The position numbers were made by a program, and so were the translations under genes. A stretch of DNA of 64,000 bases from an uncultured delta proteobacterium. GTDB lineage: Bacteria > Myxococcota_A > Polyangia > Polyangiales > Polyangiaceae. The first letter of the stretch is position 1. Each line of letters opens with the position of its first letter. This document shows, in pieces, positions 19,467 to 29,239 of the stretch. The notes beneath the pieces are model-generated. The model saw only the letters and a program-made list of their open reading frames with translations, did not search any database and was not told the origin of the DNA. The DNA lies in assembly GCA_963806225.1 (NCBI GenBank), contig CAWDXG010000004.1:2336001-2400000 (forward strand). The letters run 5' to 3'.

Positions 19467-20888
19467 TCAGCGGCAGGCGGGGTGATCGCGCGTCGCGTCG
19501 CAGCCGCGCGCACACGTCTTGACGAGCTCGAAGCGACTGTCGGCAGAACACTGCAGGAGCGCCTTCTTGTCGAGCCGGCACGCGTGGTCGCCTTTCACAC
19601 AGGCGTCGCCGACCTTGGCGAGGTTCGCGTCGCAGTGGAGGGTCGTCATGCCCGCCACGGGATCATGTGCCATGGTGCAACCCTTGGGGCCCCGGCACGT
19701 CATCATGATCTCGTACTGCCCGTTGACGCACTGGAACACGGCGTCGTGCGTAGTGGAACACGCCTTGGCGTCGTGACGGTTGCAGGGGTCGCCCGCCTTG
19801 GCGATGAAGCTGTCGCAGTGCACCCTTGAATGGCCGTGTGCCTCCGGGGTCGTCCGGCAGCCGTCGGGCCCGCGGCACGTGGCGGAGACCTTCCACTGCG
19901 AGCCGTCGCATTCCAGTTCTGCCTTGCGATCCGTCGAGCAGGTGTAGTCGTCGTGCGTGTCGCACGGATCGTGGACGCCGGCGACGGTGTAGTCGCAGGT
20001 TATCCGTTTGCCGCTCTCGAGAACTCTACAGCCCTTCGGACCCTTGCAGGCATTGACGACGGTGAGGCGCGCTTGCTCGCAGTGCAGCTCGATCCTGCCG
20101 TCGGCAGAGCACGCCCAGGACAGCCCGTTGCACGGCGCGTCCGCGCTGGCGATCCCCGCGAACGGCTTGTGCGCCAGGAGCCGCGGACCGAAGAGCACGG
20201 CAACGAACGCGATGGAAACGAACGCGACACCCGCGATGGACATGCTCTTGATGGTCGAGCGCCGCCTCGCGCGGGTCGCGGCGGCGAGCTCGGCGTCGAG
20301 CTCGTCGTCGGGCGAGGTCCACAGGTAGAACGACGGCACGCGCCGCTCGTCGAGCTCGCGCTCGACCTCCGGCGAGAGCCGGTTCTGCGCGCCGCAGTAG
20401 GTACACGTTGGCTGGTTCGTTGTGCCGTCGACCTGCATGGGCGCGCCGCAGTTCGAGCATGGAACGCTGAGCAGCGCCCCTGCCCCGCCGGGCGCCGTGC
20501 CGCCGACGACCGCCGAGCAGAGCGAGTCGCGCCAGGCTTCGGGCCGCGCCATGCCCACCGGCAGCGGCGCGAGCGAAACGTGACTGGAGCAGGAGGCGCA
20601 GACGAAAACCGGCGCCGCCGCGGACAGGGCAGCCGTGATAGTGGCGTCGTCTATCGTCGCTCGACAGGCCTTGCAGCACACGCCGCCGGTACGCGTCTCG
20701 CCGAGCACGCGCTCACCGCCGAGGACCGTGCGATCTCCGTCTGCGAGCACCCAGCGCCACGCTCTGGCGTCGACCGGTTCGTGGCGATGACACGAGGGAC
20801 AATCGACGCTCGTTACCAGTGAATCGAGCTGGAGCGGATGCCCACATCCCGTGCAGACCGTATGGACGATGACCTTCTTGGCCGGCAT
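19467..20888 (-). CDS. Membrane protein: three Zn ribbons, one TM helix, extracytoplasmic Cys-rich repeats
   Basis: Six CxxC motifs, hydrophobic SIAGVAFVSIAFVAVLFG after RARRR, three C[KR]GP[KD]GC-containing repeats plus a partial fourth. Confidence 0.75.
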   Translation of the reverse strand: MPAKKVIVHTVCTGCGHPLQLDSLVTSVDCPSCHRHEPVDARAWRWVLADGDRTVLGGERVLGETRTGGVCCKACRATIDDATITAALSAAAPVFVCASCSSHVSLAPLPVGMARPEAWRDSLCSAVVGGTAPGGAGALLSVPCSNCGAPMQVDGTTNQPTCTYCGAQNRLSPEVERELDERRVPSFYLWTSPDDELDAELAAATRARRRSTIKSMSIAGVAFVSIAFVAVLFGPRLLAHKPFAGIASADAPCNGLSWACSADGRIELHCEQARLTVVNACKGPKGCRVLESGKRITCDYTVAGVHDPCDTHDDYTCSTDRKAELECDGSQWKVSATCRGPDGCRTTPEAHGHSRVHCDSFIAKAGDPCNRHDAKACSTTHDAVFQCVNGQYEIMMTCRGPKGCTMAHDPVAGMTTLHCDANLAKVGDACVKGDHACRLDKKALLQCSADSRFELVKTCARGCDATRDHPACR

Positions 20889-21027
20889 GGTTCCGCCAAT
20901 ATAGGCGAAGTCGCCAAGGGCACCAGTCCAGCTTCGTTTCCGAGGTGCAGCGCGGATTGCAGAGCCGGGGACCTCTGGCCCCGCTCGTGGAGTGACGCGC
21001 GCTCGGCACTGGAGTACTCTGCTTTTC

Positions 21028-22095
21028 GTGACACGCTTCGTTCGTGGGGGCCTGGTTCTCGGGATGGCACTTCTCCTGCCGTTCTGCTCGTCGTCGAACA
21101 GCGACCTGGCGTGCAACATCGGGGTGGTCGAGGCGTGCACGTGCTCGAGCGGTGCAAAGGGGGTGCGCACGTGTTCCGACGGTACGGCGTGGAGCGCGTG
21201 CAGCTGCAACAACACGGACGGCGGCATGGACAGCTCCGCGGGAGCCGCCGGCACCGGCGCGTCCGGCAACGGCGGTAGTAGCGGCAGCGGCGGCAGCGGG
21301 GCAAGCAGCGGTAGCCGTGGCACGGCTGGCCAGGACGCGTCGGCGGGCAGCGGCGGTGTGGCAGGCGGCGGAGCGACAGGCGGCGGCGCGGGCGACGGCG
21401 GCATCGTGGACGGCGGAACATGCCCGTCCGGTTCGGCGACGAACCTGACGGGAAGCTGCGACATCGTCGCCCAGGATTGCGGCGCGGGCTTGACCTGCAG
21501 CGTCGTGGCCGACGACGCCGGCCAGTACCACACTGGCTGCGTCGATCTCGGCAATGGCTCCGCCCAGCTTGGCGAAGCGTGCACGAGCCACACCGACTGC
21601 GCCGCCGGTTTGCGTTGCGTGCTCTCGAAGTGCTCGCGCGCCTGCTGCGGCGCGCTGGAAGGCCCGCTGTGCGGTTCCAGCGGCGCGTGTGATCTGGATA
21701 TCACCTACCCCGGCAACGCCTTCGTGAAGGTGTGCACGTTCGCGCCACCGTGCACGCCCTGGGCGCACGACTGTCCGTCGTCGGGACCGGAAACCGACTG
21801 CCATGCTGCCGGCGGCGACAAGTTCAAGTGCAGCTTCCCCAACTACAACCTGGATGCCGGCTCCACCGAGGGCCAGCCCTGCACGTACGTGAACGATTGC
21901 CAGGATTCGCAGTACTGCCTGTACGGAAGCGCGGACGCCGGCTCCGGCACCTGCCGCTGGCTGTGCAAGGCTTCCGACAGCGGCGCGCCCGACGCCGGAA
22001 CCGTGGGCGGAACACCGGGGCTGGGCGGTTGTCCCAGCAGCCAGACCTGCCACGCTTTCGGCAGTCCGGCCTGGCTCGGCGTGTGCAGACCCTGA
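21028..22095 (+). CDS. Secreted Gly-rich/Cys-rich protein (myxobacterial type)
   Basis: Hydrophobic N-terminus then CSSS, G/S/A linker, CDIVAQDC and C...DC..GL.C repeats; start uncertain. Confidence 0.75.
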   Translation: MTRFVRGGLVLGMALLLPFCSSSNSDLACNIGVVEACTCSSGAKGVRTCSDGTAWSACSCNNTDGGMDSSAGAAGTGASGNGGSSGSGGSGASSGSRGTAGQDASAGSGGVAGGGATGGGAGDGGIVDGGTCPSGSATNLTGSCDIVAQDCGAGLTCSVVADDAGQYHTGCVDLGNGSAQLGEACTSHTDCAAGLRCVLSKCSRACCGALEGPLCGSSGACDLDITYPGNAFVKVCTFAPPCTPWAHDCPSSGPETDCHAAGGDKFKCSFPNYNLDAGSTEGQPCTYVNDCQDSQYCLYGSADAGSGTCRWLCKASDSGAPDAGTVGGTPGLGGCPSSQTCHAFGSPAWLGVCRP

Positions 22096-22118
22096 CGCCG
22101 GCCTGACACGAACGGCGC

Positions 22119-23807
22119 TCAGGGCGCCTGTTCGGCGACCGACTCCGGAACCTCGGTCAGCTCCTCGCCCAGATGCAGCCGCACCTGGTCCGCGGGCAGC
22201 CGGACGACGATCGCCCAGACGTAGCAGACGAGCGACAGGACGAAGAGCGCGAAAAAGCCTGTACCGAAGCCGAGCCAACCGCGACCGTTACCGAAACTGC
22301 CGATGTAGCTGCAGGCGCCCAGACCGATGAGCCACGGGAAAACCCACGAGCCGGCCTTCCACTGGTAGCCGTGGCGGCCCGCGCCGCTGAACAGATGCTG
22401 GACCACGAGCAGCACGAAGCCGAGGCCCACGGCGATGAAGAGCTTCTTGTTGATGTCCCAGCCGGTCCAGTAGACGACAAGGTTCGACGACCAGAAGGCG
22501 ATGAACGGAATGACGTCGCCGAACGGGACGCGGAAGGGGCGCTTCTGCTCCGGCAGCTCGCGGCGGAGCGCGCCCATGACGAGCGGGCCCGAGCCGAAGG
22601 AGAGCACCGACGCCGAGGTGATAAAGCCCACCAGCTGCTGCCAGCCGGGAAACGGCAAGAAGAAGATCAGGCCGACGACGAAGGCAAGGATGAGGCTGAT
22701 CCAGGGGACGCCGTGGCGGTTGAGGCGGGCGAGCGCCTGGGGGGCGTTGCCGTTCTTGCCCATCGCGTACGAGAGGCGCGCGGTCGTGGTCGTGTAGATG
22801 AGTCCGGTGTCGGCGGGCGAGACGATCGCGTCGAAGTAGAGCAGCCCGGCGAGCCAGCCGATGCCCAGGATCTTGGCGATGCCGGCGAGCGGACCGAAGT
22901 CGCCCTTGAACTCGAGGTGGTGCCAGCCGTGGACGAGCGCTTCGGCGGGCAGCGCGCCGAGGAAGGCCACCTGGAGCAGGATGTAGATGACCCCGGTAAT
23001 GAGCACCGAGCCGATGACAGCGATCGGCACTGCGCGGTGCGGATCTGCACTCTCGCCGGCCAGCTCGACGCCCTGACGGAAACCGAGATAGGAAAAGACG
23101 ATGCCCGTCGTGGCGATCGCCGAGAGCACGTTGTGCCAGCCCATCGGCGCGAAGCCGCCGTGGTCCATCACGCCGTGCCAGCCCGCCGGTGCGACAACGC
23201 CGCGGGCAGCGTCCGCGTGCGGCATCAAGCCAGCAGCGAGCAGCACGACGACCGCGAGCGTGATGATCAAGAGCTTCCACCAGACAATGAGCGTGTTGAA
23301 GCGAGCGAACCACTTAACGCCGTAGAAGTTCACCGCGACGAATATCGCCATCATTGCCACGGCCACCGCGTAGCCGCCGGGGGCGAGGACCTTCACGCCC
23401 TGGACCGAGTGGGTGAGCCACGGGACGTAGTTGGTCGCGTACTGGAGAGCCGCTTCGACCTCGATGGGAGCGACCGAGGCCGCCGCGAGCCAGTTGACCC
23501 AGCCGGCCGTGTACGAGGCGAAACTGCCGAAGCCGAAGTGCGGGTAGCGGACTACGCCGCCCGAGACCGGGAACATCGCGCCCAGCTCTGCGTAGGCGAG
23601 CGCGATGAACAGGATCATCACGGCGCCGAGGGCCCAGGAGACGATCGCGGCGGGGCCGGCTTCCTTGGCGGCGTAGAAGGCGCCGAAGAGCCAACCGCTG
23701 CCGATGATCGCGCCCACGCCGGCGAACAAGAGGCCCACCAACCGGATGTCCCGCCTGAGGCCGTGCCCACCGGCGGGCGTCTCCTGCTCTACTTCGACGC
23801 CGCTCAT
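22119..23807 (-). CDS. APC family amino-acid permease
   Basis: GAIIGSGWLFG, YAELGAMFPVSGG, FSYLGFRQ, many TM helices. Confidence 0.95.
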   Translation of the reverse strand: MSGVEVEQETPAGGHGLRRDIRLVGLLFAGVGAIIGSGWLFGAFYAAKEAGPAAIVSWALGAVMILFIALAYAELGAMFPVSGGVVRYPHFGFGSFASYTAGWVNWLAAASVAPIEVEAALQYATNYVPWLTHSVQGVKVLAPGGYAVAVAMMAIFVAVNFYGVKWFARFNTLIVWWKLLIITLAVVVLLAAGLMPHADAARGVVAPAGWHGVMDHGGFAPMGWHNVLSAIATTGIVFSYLGFRQGVELAGESADPHRAVPIAVIGSVLITGVIYILLQVAFLGALPAEALVHGWHHLEFKGDFGPLAGIAKILGIGWLAGLLYFDAIVSPADTGLIYTTTTARLSYAMGKNGNAPQALARLNRHGVPWISLILAFVVGLIFFLPFPGWQQLVGFITSASVLSFGSGPLVMGALRRELPEQKRPFRVPFGDVIPFIAFWSSNLVVYWTGWDINKKLFIAVGLGFVLLVVQHLFSGAGRHGYQWKAGSWVFPWLIGLGACSYIGSFGNGRGWLGFGTGFFALFVLSLVCYVWAIVVRLPADQVRLHLGEELTEVPESVAEQAP

Positions 23808-24232
23808 GCTACCTCCGCTCGTATCGTTCTGCCCGCGCTGACAAAGTGAGGCGGCACGCTAGCCCAGGTGCGCCCGGCCGTCAGTCGCTCCGGGCCAGAA
23901 AATCGCTGCAAGCAGCGCTCTATCCGCCACCACAGAAGCCGACAACGCCGTCTGGACCCTTCTGCGGGTCGTTTCCCCCGTTGAAAATCCGGCTCCGGGC
24001 GGCCGCCGTGCCGAGGCGTAGCGAGGTCGACGCGGGCAAGCGACTTGGCTTGACGACGAGGAAGCCCGGCGGCGCTATCGCGAGCGCCATGTTCCGGGAC
24101 ACCGGCTGTACCTGGCCGAGGGGGAGCCGGAACGCGGGCGTCGCTTTCGCCTCGCGGATGGTAGCATCCAGGCGGAGCCGATTCGTTCCACCTGAAAGTC
24201 GAGCAGCTCCTGGCGAAGGCGCGAGAGGAAGC

Positions 24233-24517
24233 ATGACGACCGCGAACACAGGGCCGGACAGCACCACGCAGCCCTCGAAGGGGCTGGGCATCGGGCTGTG
24301 GATTGTGCAGGGCCTGCTGGCGCTCACGTTCGTCGGCACGGGCCTGTGGAAGCTAGCCACGCCTGTCCCGTGTGCCGCGCTCATGGCGAGCGCTGTGGTC
24401 TTCCACTTCTCCCGCGGCGAGGGGGCGAACACGTGGTTCAACTTCCTGCTCGCAGCGCTCGCGCTCTTCGTCGCGTGGGGCCGCCGCACGAAGGCGCCGA
24501 TCGCGCCGCGCGGGTGA
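24233..24517 (+). pseudogene. DoxX family protein with apparent in-frame internal deletion
   Basis: LWIVQGLLALTF..TGLWKLATP joined directly to CAALMASAVVFHFSRGE...FVAWGR; the usual central helix with E/D-x-L-G-G-L-G is missing. Confidence 0.62.
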
Positions 24518-24536
24518 GCGGCGCGCAGGTGGCGTC

Positions 24537-26663
24537 ATGACGTTGCTGGTTTCGCGCAGCTTCCGCCGCGTGGGGCGGAGCGCACTCGAGTGGGGAGCGC
24601 CGACGACCGCCGGTGGCGTGCTGCTCGGTCTCGTGTCGCTGCTTGTGGACAGCGCACTGCGGCACGTCTGGGGCGCCTCTCCCCTGCAGCATGTGGAGGT
24701 GTCGCTGTGGCTCGTGTCCGCCTTCGGCGGGGGGATGGGGATGTTGCTCTGGACCGGGGTCGCGCTGGAGACACGCCTGGCGCGGCGCGTGCCGCGTGGA
24801 TTGCGCCGGGCTCGCCCGCTCCTGTATGCCTGTGTCGTCGGGCTCCTGACATACGAGACCGCGGAGTGGCTGTTTTCGGGCGAACGCGTAGGGCGCACTG
24901 TGCTGGCACGAGTCGGGCCGCCGGCTCTGGTCGGCGCGATGATGCTGGGCGCGGCGCTCGTCTTCATCTGCTATCGCCGTGCGTACAGGGCATCCGCGGA
25001 CCGGCTGGGTCCTGCATTGTGGGTGAGCGCCTGCTCGGTCCTTGTCGCCGCACTGCTTACCGCCGTGGACCTCGGCGTGCTGGTCTCGCTCTACGATCGA
25101 CTGCACACGCTGCTCCAGGCCATGGCATGGGCGCTTCTGCTTCCGGTTGCCACTTTCTGGCTGGCCCGCGCCGCGAGGGCTTCGAGGAGCGTGCTGCATG
25201 CGGTGCGTGGATGCGCGGCGTTCGGCGTGATGGCTGTGACGAGCTTGTTCGCGTCACATGCGCTCCGGGCAAGTGCGGAGAATGCGCTCTCCCATACCTG
25301 GCGGGAACAGCTTCTCGTCGGGCGCGCGCAGCGGTGGCTGTCGCGGCTTGACTTGTGGCTCGAGAACCCCTGGCTCGAGCATCGACGCAATCTCGATAGC
25401 CGGGCCCTGCGGGTCGCGCGGCTGCTCGACCGCTACGGCATCACCACGCCAAGCCTGGCGCCCAGCTGGACGACAGCGGCACACATCCCGGAAGCGCGCG
25501 CTTCTCGAGCCGATACGCTGCGCCGGTCGGCCTTCCCGCCGGGTGCGGGCAGACCCGATGTCGTGGTCTTCTTCGTCGACACGCTGCGCGCCGACGTGGC
25601 GTCCGACGCCCGGCTGATGCCCCGGCTCGCTCGATTCCGGAAGTCGGCGCTGGACTTCAAGCGCGCCTACGCTTCAGGCACCGACACGGCGACCTCCCTG
25701 CCGGGCCTGTTCGGTGGTGCCTACGTGCCTGGAGACGCGAACACGTCGTTGCAGGCCGCAGCGCTCGAGGGAAAGTACAGCTCCACACTGATCATCCCGC
25801 GCTCGGCTCGGGAGTACCTGGCCAAGCGTCGCCCGGGGTTCCACTTCTCGCGAACGGAAGAGGTTCGCGACTACGATGCCGGACAGCATGTGTGGGGCTA
25901 TGGTGCGACCGAGCCGTCCTCGTCCAGAGTGGTAGACCGCGCGATAGCGCGGCTCGGGGCGAAGGGTGAGCGGCCGCAGTTGCTGTGGGTCTACGTCTAC
26001 GACGTGCATGACTGGCGCGAGCTGGACGACAGGTTCGTCGAGTCTGCGGCACGCCGCGCCGGGGTCGCCGAACGCGGAGACCGCAGCTGGCGCTATCGGG
26101 CGGTGGCGGCGGAGGTCGACGTGCAGTTCGGGCGGTTGCTCGACGCAATAGACCAGCTGGGTCGACGGCGACGAACGATCGTTCTGTTCGTGGCGGATCA
26201 CGGCGAGGCACTCGGACAGAACGGCTTCTGGGTTCACACCTACTATCTCTGGGAGTCGCTTTTGAGGGTTCCGCTCGTACTGCGCGTTCCGGGCATCGAG
26301 CCGCGGGTCGTTGATAGCTTCGTCTCCCTGGCCGACATTCCTCCTACGCTCGCGCCCTTCATGCGTCGGCACGCTCGTCCCGGCTGGCAGGGCGAGGATC
26401 TACTCCTGCGAGTGGTGGCTCCGGGGGCGACACGCACCCGACCGATCCTGTTTACCTCATCGGCGGGGGGGCACCCCGCACAGATCGGGCTTCTCGATAT
26501 CGAGCATCGCGGCAAGCTGGTGCTGCACATCGGTGCGCCCCGTCCGGAATACTATTCGCTGGACGCGGCCGACCCGGACGCGCGCGACCTGGCACCCGGG
26601 CTTCCAGTGCGCACTGCCTCGCTACTGCAGAGTCTGGTGCATGCACCGAACTTCCCGCGCTAG
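24537..26663 (+). CDS. Membrane-anchored sulfatase/alkaline-phosphatase-fold protein
   Basis: Multiple N-terminal TM helices, PDVVVFFVDTLRAD, FKRAYA, DVH, ADHGE, VPLVLRVPG. Confidence 0.85.
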   Translation: MTLLVSRSFRRVGRSALEWGAPTTAGGVLLGLVSLLVDSALRHVWGASPLQHVEVSLWLVSAFGGGMGMLLWTGVALETRLARRVPRGLRRARPLLYACVVGLLTYETAEWLFSGERVGRTVLARVGPPALVGAMMLGAALVFICYRRAYRASADRLGPALWVSACSVLVAALLTAVDLGVLVSLYDRLHTLLQAMAWALLLPVATFWLARAARASRSVLHAVRGCAAFGVMAVTSLFASHALRASAENALSHTWREQLLVGRAQRWLSRLDLWLENPWLEHRRNLDSRALRVARLLDRYGITTPSLAPSWTTAAHIPEARASRADTLRRSAFPPGAGRPDVVVFFVDTLRADVASDARLMPRLARFRKSALDFKRAYASGTDTATSLPGLFGGAYVPGDANTSLQAAALEGKYSSTLIIPRSAREYLAKRRPGFHFSRTEEVRDYDAGQHVWGYGATEPSSSRVVDRAIARLGAKGERPQLLWVYVYDVHDWRELDDRFVESAARRAGVAERGDRSWRYRAVAAEVDVQFGRLLDAIDQLGRRRRTIVLFVADHGEALGQNGFWVHTYYLWESLLRVPLVLRVPGIEPRVVDSFVSLADIPPTLAPFMRRHARPGWQGEDLLLRVVAPGATRTRPILFTSSAGGHPAQIGLLDIEHRGKLVLHIGAPRPEYYSLDAADPDARDLAPGLPVRTASLLQSLVHAPNFPR

Positions 26664-26749
26664 CTCGGAGCCGTTGGCGAGTGTTGCAGCCGACGGGTGG
26701 TCACGCTAGGATTGTATCTTCTTGCTTCTGCGTCGATGGGAGGCGCGTC

Positions 26750-28066
26750 TTGTCGGGGGCCTTGCGGAAACTCTTTGGCTCTGGCGCCGTCGTACTCGGC
26801 GTCACGGCGGCTTGCGGCGCGCGCACGGGGCTGCATGCCCATGGCGGCTCGCTCCAGTGCGTGGCGCTCGACGCGCAGGCAGAGCACTCGCGCCTCGTCG
26901 TGTTCGTCATGCTCGACACGTCGGGCTCGATGACGTTCGAGACTGCGGACGGCGAGAGCAAGGCAAAAGCCGTCAGCGACGCGCTCTCGGAGTTCTTCAG
27001 GGATTCGGCGTCCGCCGGCATCGGCGTGGGCGAGGCGTTCTTCCCGATCCACCGGCTGGACATACCCGACCGCTGCCGATCCGACGCCGATTGCGGGGGC
27101 GTGACCGACGCGTGCAGCCTCAGCGGCGGGCTCTGCATCCCGAGCCAGGAGACGACCTGCGTGACGGACGCGGACTGCCAGGGCACGAGCGACCCCACCG
27201 ACAAGTGCTACCAGGTCGGCGTCTGCGCGGATGATCTGCAGACGCTCTGCGCGCTCGATTCATCGACTACGAAGATCTGTCACGCGGGCGCGGCCTGCGT
27301 GGAACTCGGGAACTGCCTCGACTGGGCCTCCTGCAACGCCGACGACTACGCCAAGCTCGTCGTGGACGTCGGAACGCTGCCAGCGGCGCGTGGCCAGCTG
27401 CTACTGGGTCTCGAGACGCGCGTTCCCAAAGGCACCACGCCCACGCTGCCGGCGCTCCAGGGTGCGCTCTCGACCGGCGGTGCCTGGCAGGACGCCCATC
27501 CCAGCGACAAGGCCATCGTCCTGTTCGCGACCGACGGACTGCCGACCACCTGCAACCCGGGGAGCCCGCCGGCGTTTCCAGAGGGCTCACAGGGTATTTT
27601 GAACGTGGTGAACGCCGCGAAGAAGGGCGTCGCGGGCGGCGTCCAGACGTTCGTGGTCGGCGTGTTCGCGCCGGACGAAGAGCACAAGGCCCAAGCGGCG
27701 CTCGACCGCATCGCCCAGGGGGGCGGGACGAAGCAGGCCTTCATCGCCACTACCGACAGCCACGTCTCCGCCGAGCTCATCGCCGCGTTCGACGACATAC
27801 GCCGCCGCGCGGGCGCTTGCGAGTACTCCATCCCCTGGCCGAAACCCGGCGGGATCGATCCGTCGACACTGACGGTAGCCGCCGGCGGCGCTCCCGTCCC
27901 TCGCGTCGCGTCGGCGACGGCCTGCGACTCTACGGGCGGCTTCTACTTCGACCGGGCGCCCGCGCCGGGCGCCCCGCCGCACCGCGTGATCCTGTGTCCC
28001 GCGACGTGCGGCGCCAACCCACCCTCGACGCTCCACATGGAAGGCAGCTGCCGTGCGGTACCTTGA
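26750..28066 (+). CDS. VWA-domain lipoprotein with Cys-rich insertion
   Basis: GGAGG RBS and TTG start, TAACG lipobox, MIDAS LDTSGSM, TPTLPAL, ATDG, LDRIAQGGGT, LCPATC. Confidence 0.85.
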   Translation: MSGALRKLFGSGAVVLGVTAACGARTGLHAHGGSLQCVALDAQAEHSRLVVFVMLDTSGSMTFETADGESKAKAVSDALSEFFRDSASAGIGVGEAFFPIHRLDIPDRCRSDADCGGVTDACSLSGGLCIPSQETTCVTDADCQGTSDPTDKCYQVGVCADDLQTLCALDSSTTKICHAGAACVELGNCLDWASCNADDYAKLVVDVGTLPAARGQLLLGLETRVPKGTTPTLPALQGALSTGGAWQDAHPSDKAIVLFATDGLPTTCNPGSPPAFPEGSQGILNVVNAAKKGVAGGVQTFVVGVFAPDEEHKAQAALDRIAQGGGTKQAFIATTDSHVSAELIAAFDDIRRRAGACEYSIPWPKPGGIDPSTLTVAAGGAPVPRVASATACDSTGGFYFDRAPAPGAPPHRVILCPATCGANPPSTLHMEGSCRAVP

Positions 28067-29162
28067 GCTCTGGGCCGCGCTGCTCGCCCTCGCCGGCGCG
28101 GCGCTCGCCGGGTGCGGCCAGCCGAGGGGCTGCATCGGGGGCTGCGGCGCAGCAGCGCCGGACGCTGGAAGCGAGGCCGAGGCCGGTCTTCCGCTTCCGC
28201 CCGCCTGTCCCGTGCATCGCATGTGCCCACACGTGATCGATGTCCACCAGACATCGGCGGTGTCCCTCGGCGACGAGAACCGCGGCACCGTCTACCTCGG
28301 CAACGCCGTCTACACGCCGGTCGGGCCGGCGGTGTCGTGGGTGTCCATGCCGCTGCACGCGGGCGACCCTCGCCACGCCGGCGTGGCCCTGCTGTCCCAG
28401 GGCAAGGTAGCCGGTTTCGTCGAAAACGTGCCGGCGGATGCGTACCCGGAAGCCCCTCCGCTATTCCAACGCGACAACGAGCTCGATCTCGTCGTGCCTT
28501 CGACCAGCTACGACCACGTGGTCCGGGTCCCGCTGGACACATTCGTGCCCAGCGATCCTGTGCCCGTTCCCATCTCCGGAATGGAGCACGATCCGCCGGC
28601 GGTGCTGGGGATCGGCCAGACCCTGGCCGCTATCGTGAAGCCCTCGTATCACCTCGTGTTCGTCGATTCGACGCTGAGCCAGCGTTTGCTCGACAAGCCG
28701 ATCCTCTCGGGCGATACGCTCACAGCGACCTGCAACGGGTTCTTGGCGGTCAATACCGGAACAGGGCGGGCCCAGCCCTTCGACACGTTGGGCAACGCGG
28801 TCGGACCCGCGGTCACATGGGGGGGAGGCCCCGTCCACAATCCGGTGTGGGACGGCGCTTCCGTGGTGGTCGGCCAGGGGGACAAGATTGTCGAGCTCGC
28901 CAGCAACGGCAGCGTCAGGAGCACGACTCCGACAGGCGCGACCGTAGCAGTCGGCACGGACGACGGGCTGCTCGCCACGATGGTGATTTCCGGTCCGTTC
29001 GTCCTGCGCACGCTCGAGCGGGGCACGGGAACCGTGCTCGACCAGCAGGACTACTTCCCCGGCGAGGTGGCGGTGGCCGGCGACCACGCCGTGTACTTCG
29101 CCGAGTCGAGCGGCTACGCCGGAACCAGTATCCTCTGGGCGTGGGTCCAGTGCGGGGAATAG
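28053..29162 (+). CDS. Hypothetical lipoprotein, beta-rich
   Basis: Lipobox LAGC; overlaps the VWA gene end; VWDG motif. Confidence 0.65.
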   Translation: MRYLELWAALLALAGAALAGCGQPRGCIGGCGAAAPDAGSEAEAGLPLPPACPVHRMCPHVIDVHQTSAVSLGDENRGTVYLGNAVYTPVGPAVSWVSMPLHAGDPRHAGVALLSQGKVAGFVENVPADAYPEAPPLFQRDNELDLVVPSTSYDHVVRVPLDTFVPSDPVPVPISGMEHDPPAVLGIGQTLAAIVKPSYHLVFVDSTLSQRLLDKPILSGDTLTATCNGFLAVNTGTGRAQPFDTLGNAVGPAVTWGGGPVHNPVWDGASVVVGQGDKIVELASNGSVRSTTPTGATVAVGTDDGLLATMVISGPFVLRTLERGTGTVLDQQDYFPGEVAVAGDHAVYFAESSGYAGTSILWAWVQCGE

Positions 29163-29239
29163 TCGCGGGCCGTCGCGAGAACGAGGTCGGCCGATGGGAG
29201 CGTGCGCTCCGGCCGCGACTGTGGGAGGACGGTCGGGCA

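Noticed and set aside
20889..21704. N-terminal extension of the 745-aa ORF
   Set aside because: Antisense to the Gly/Cys-rich plus-strand gene; the Zn-ribbon protein starts at 20888.
23850..24232. Protein-like scraps upstream of DoxX (RYRERHVPGHRLYLAE; FHLKVEQLLAKAREEA-stop)
   Set aside because: Short, in different frames and not assignable to a family; possibly gene remnants but unsupported.
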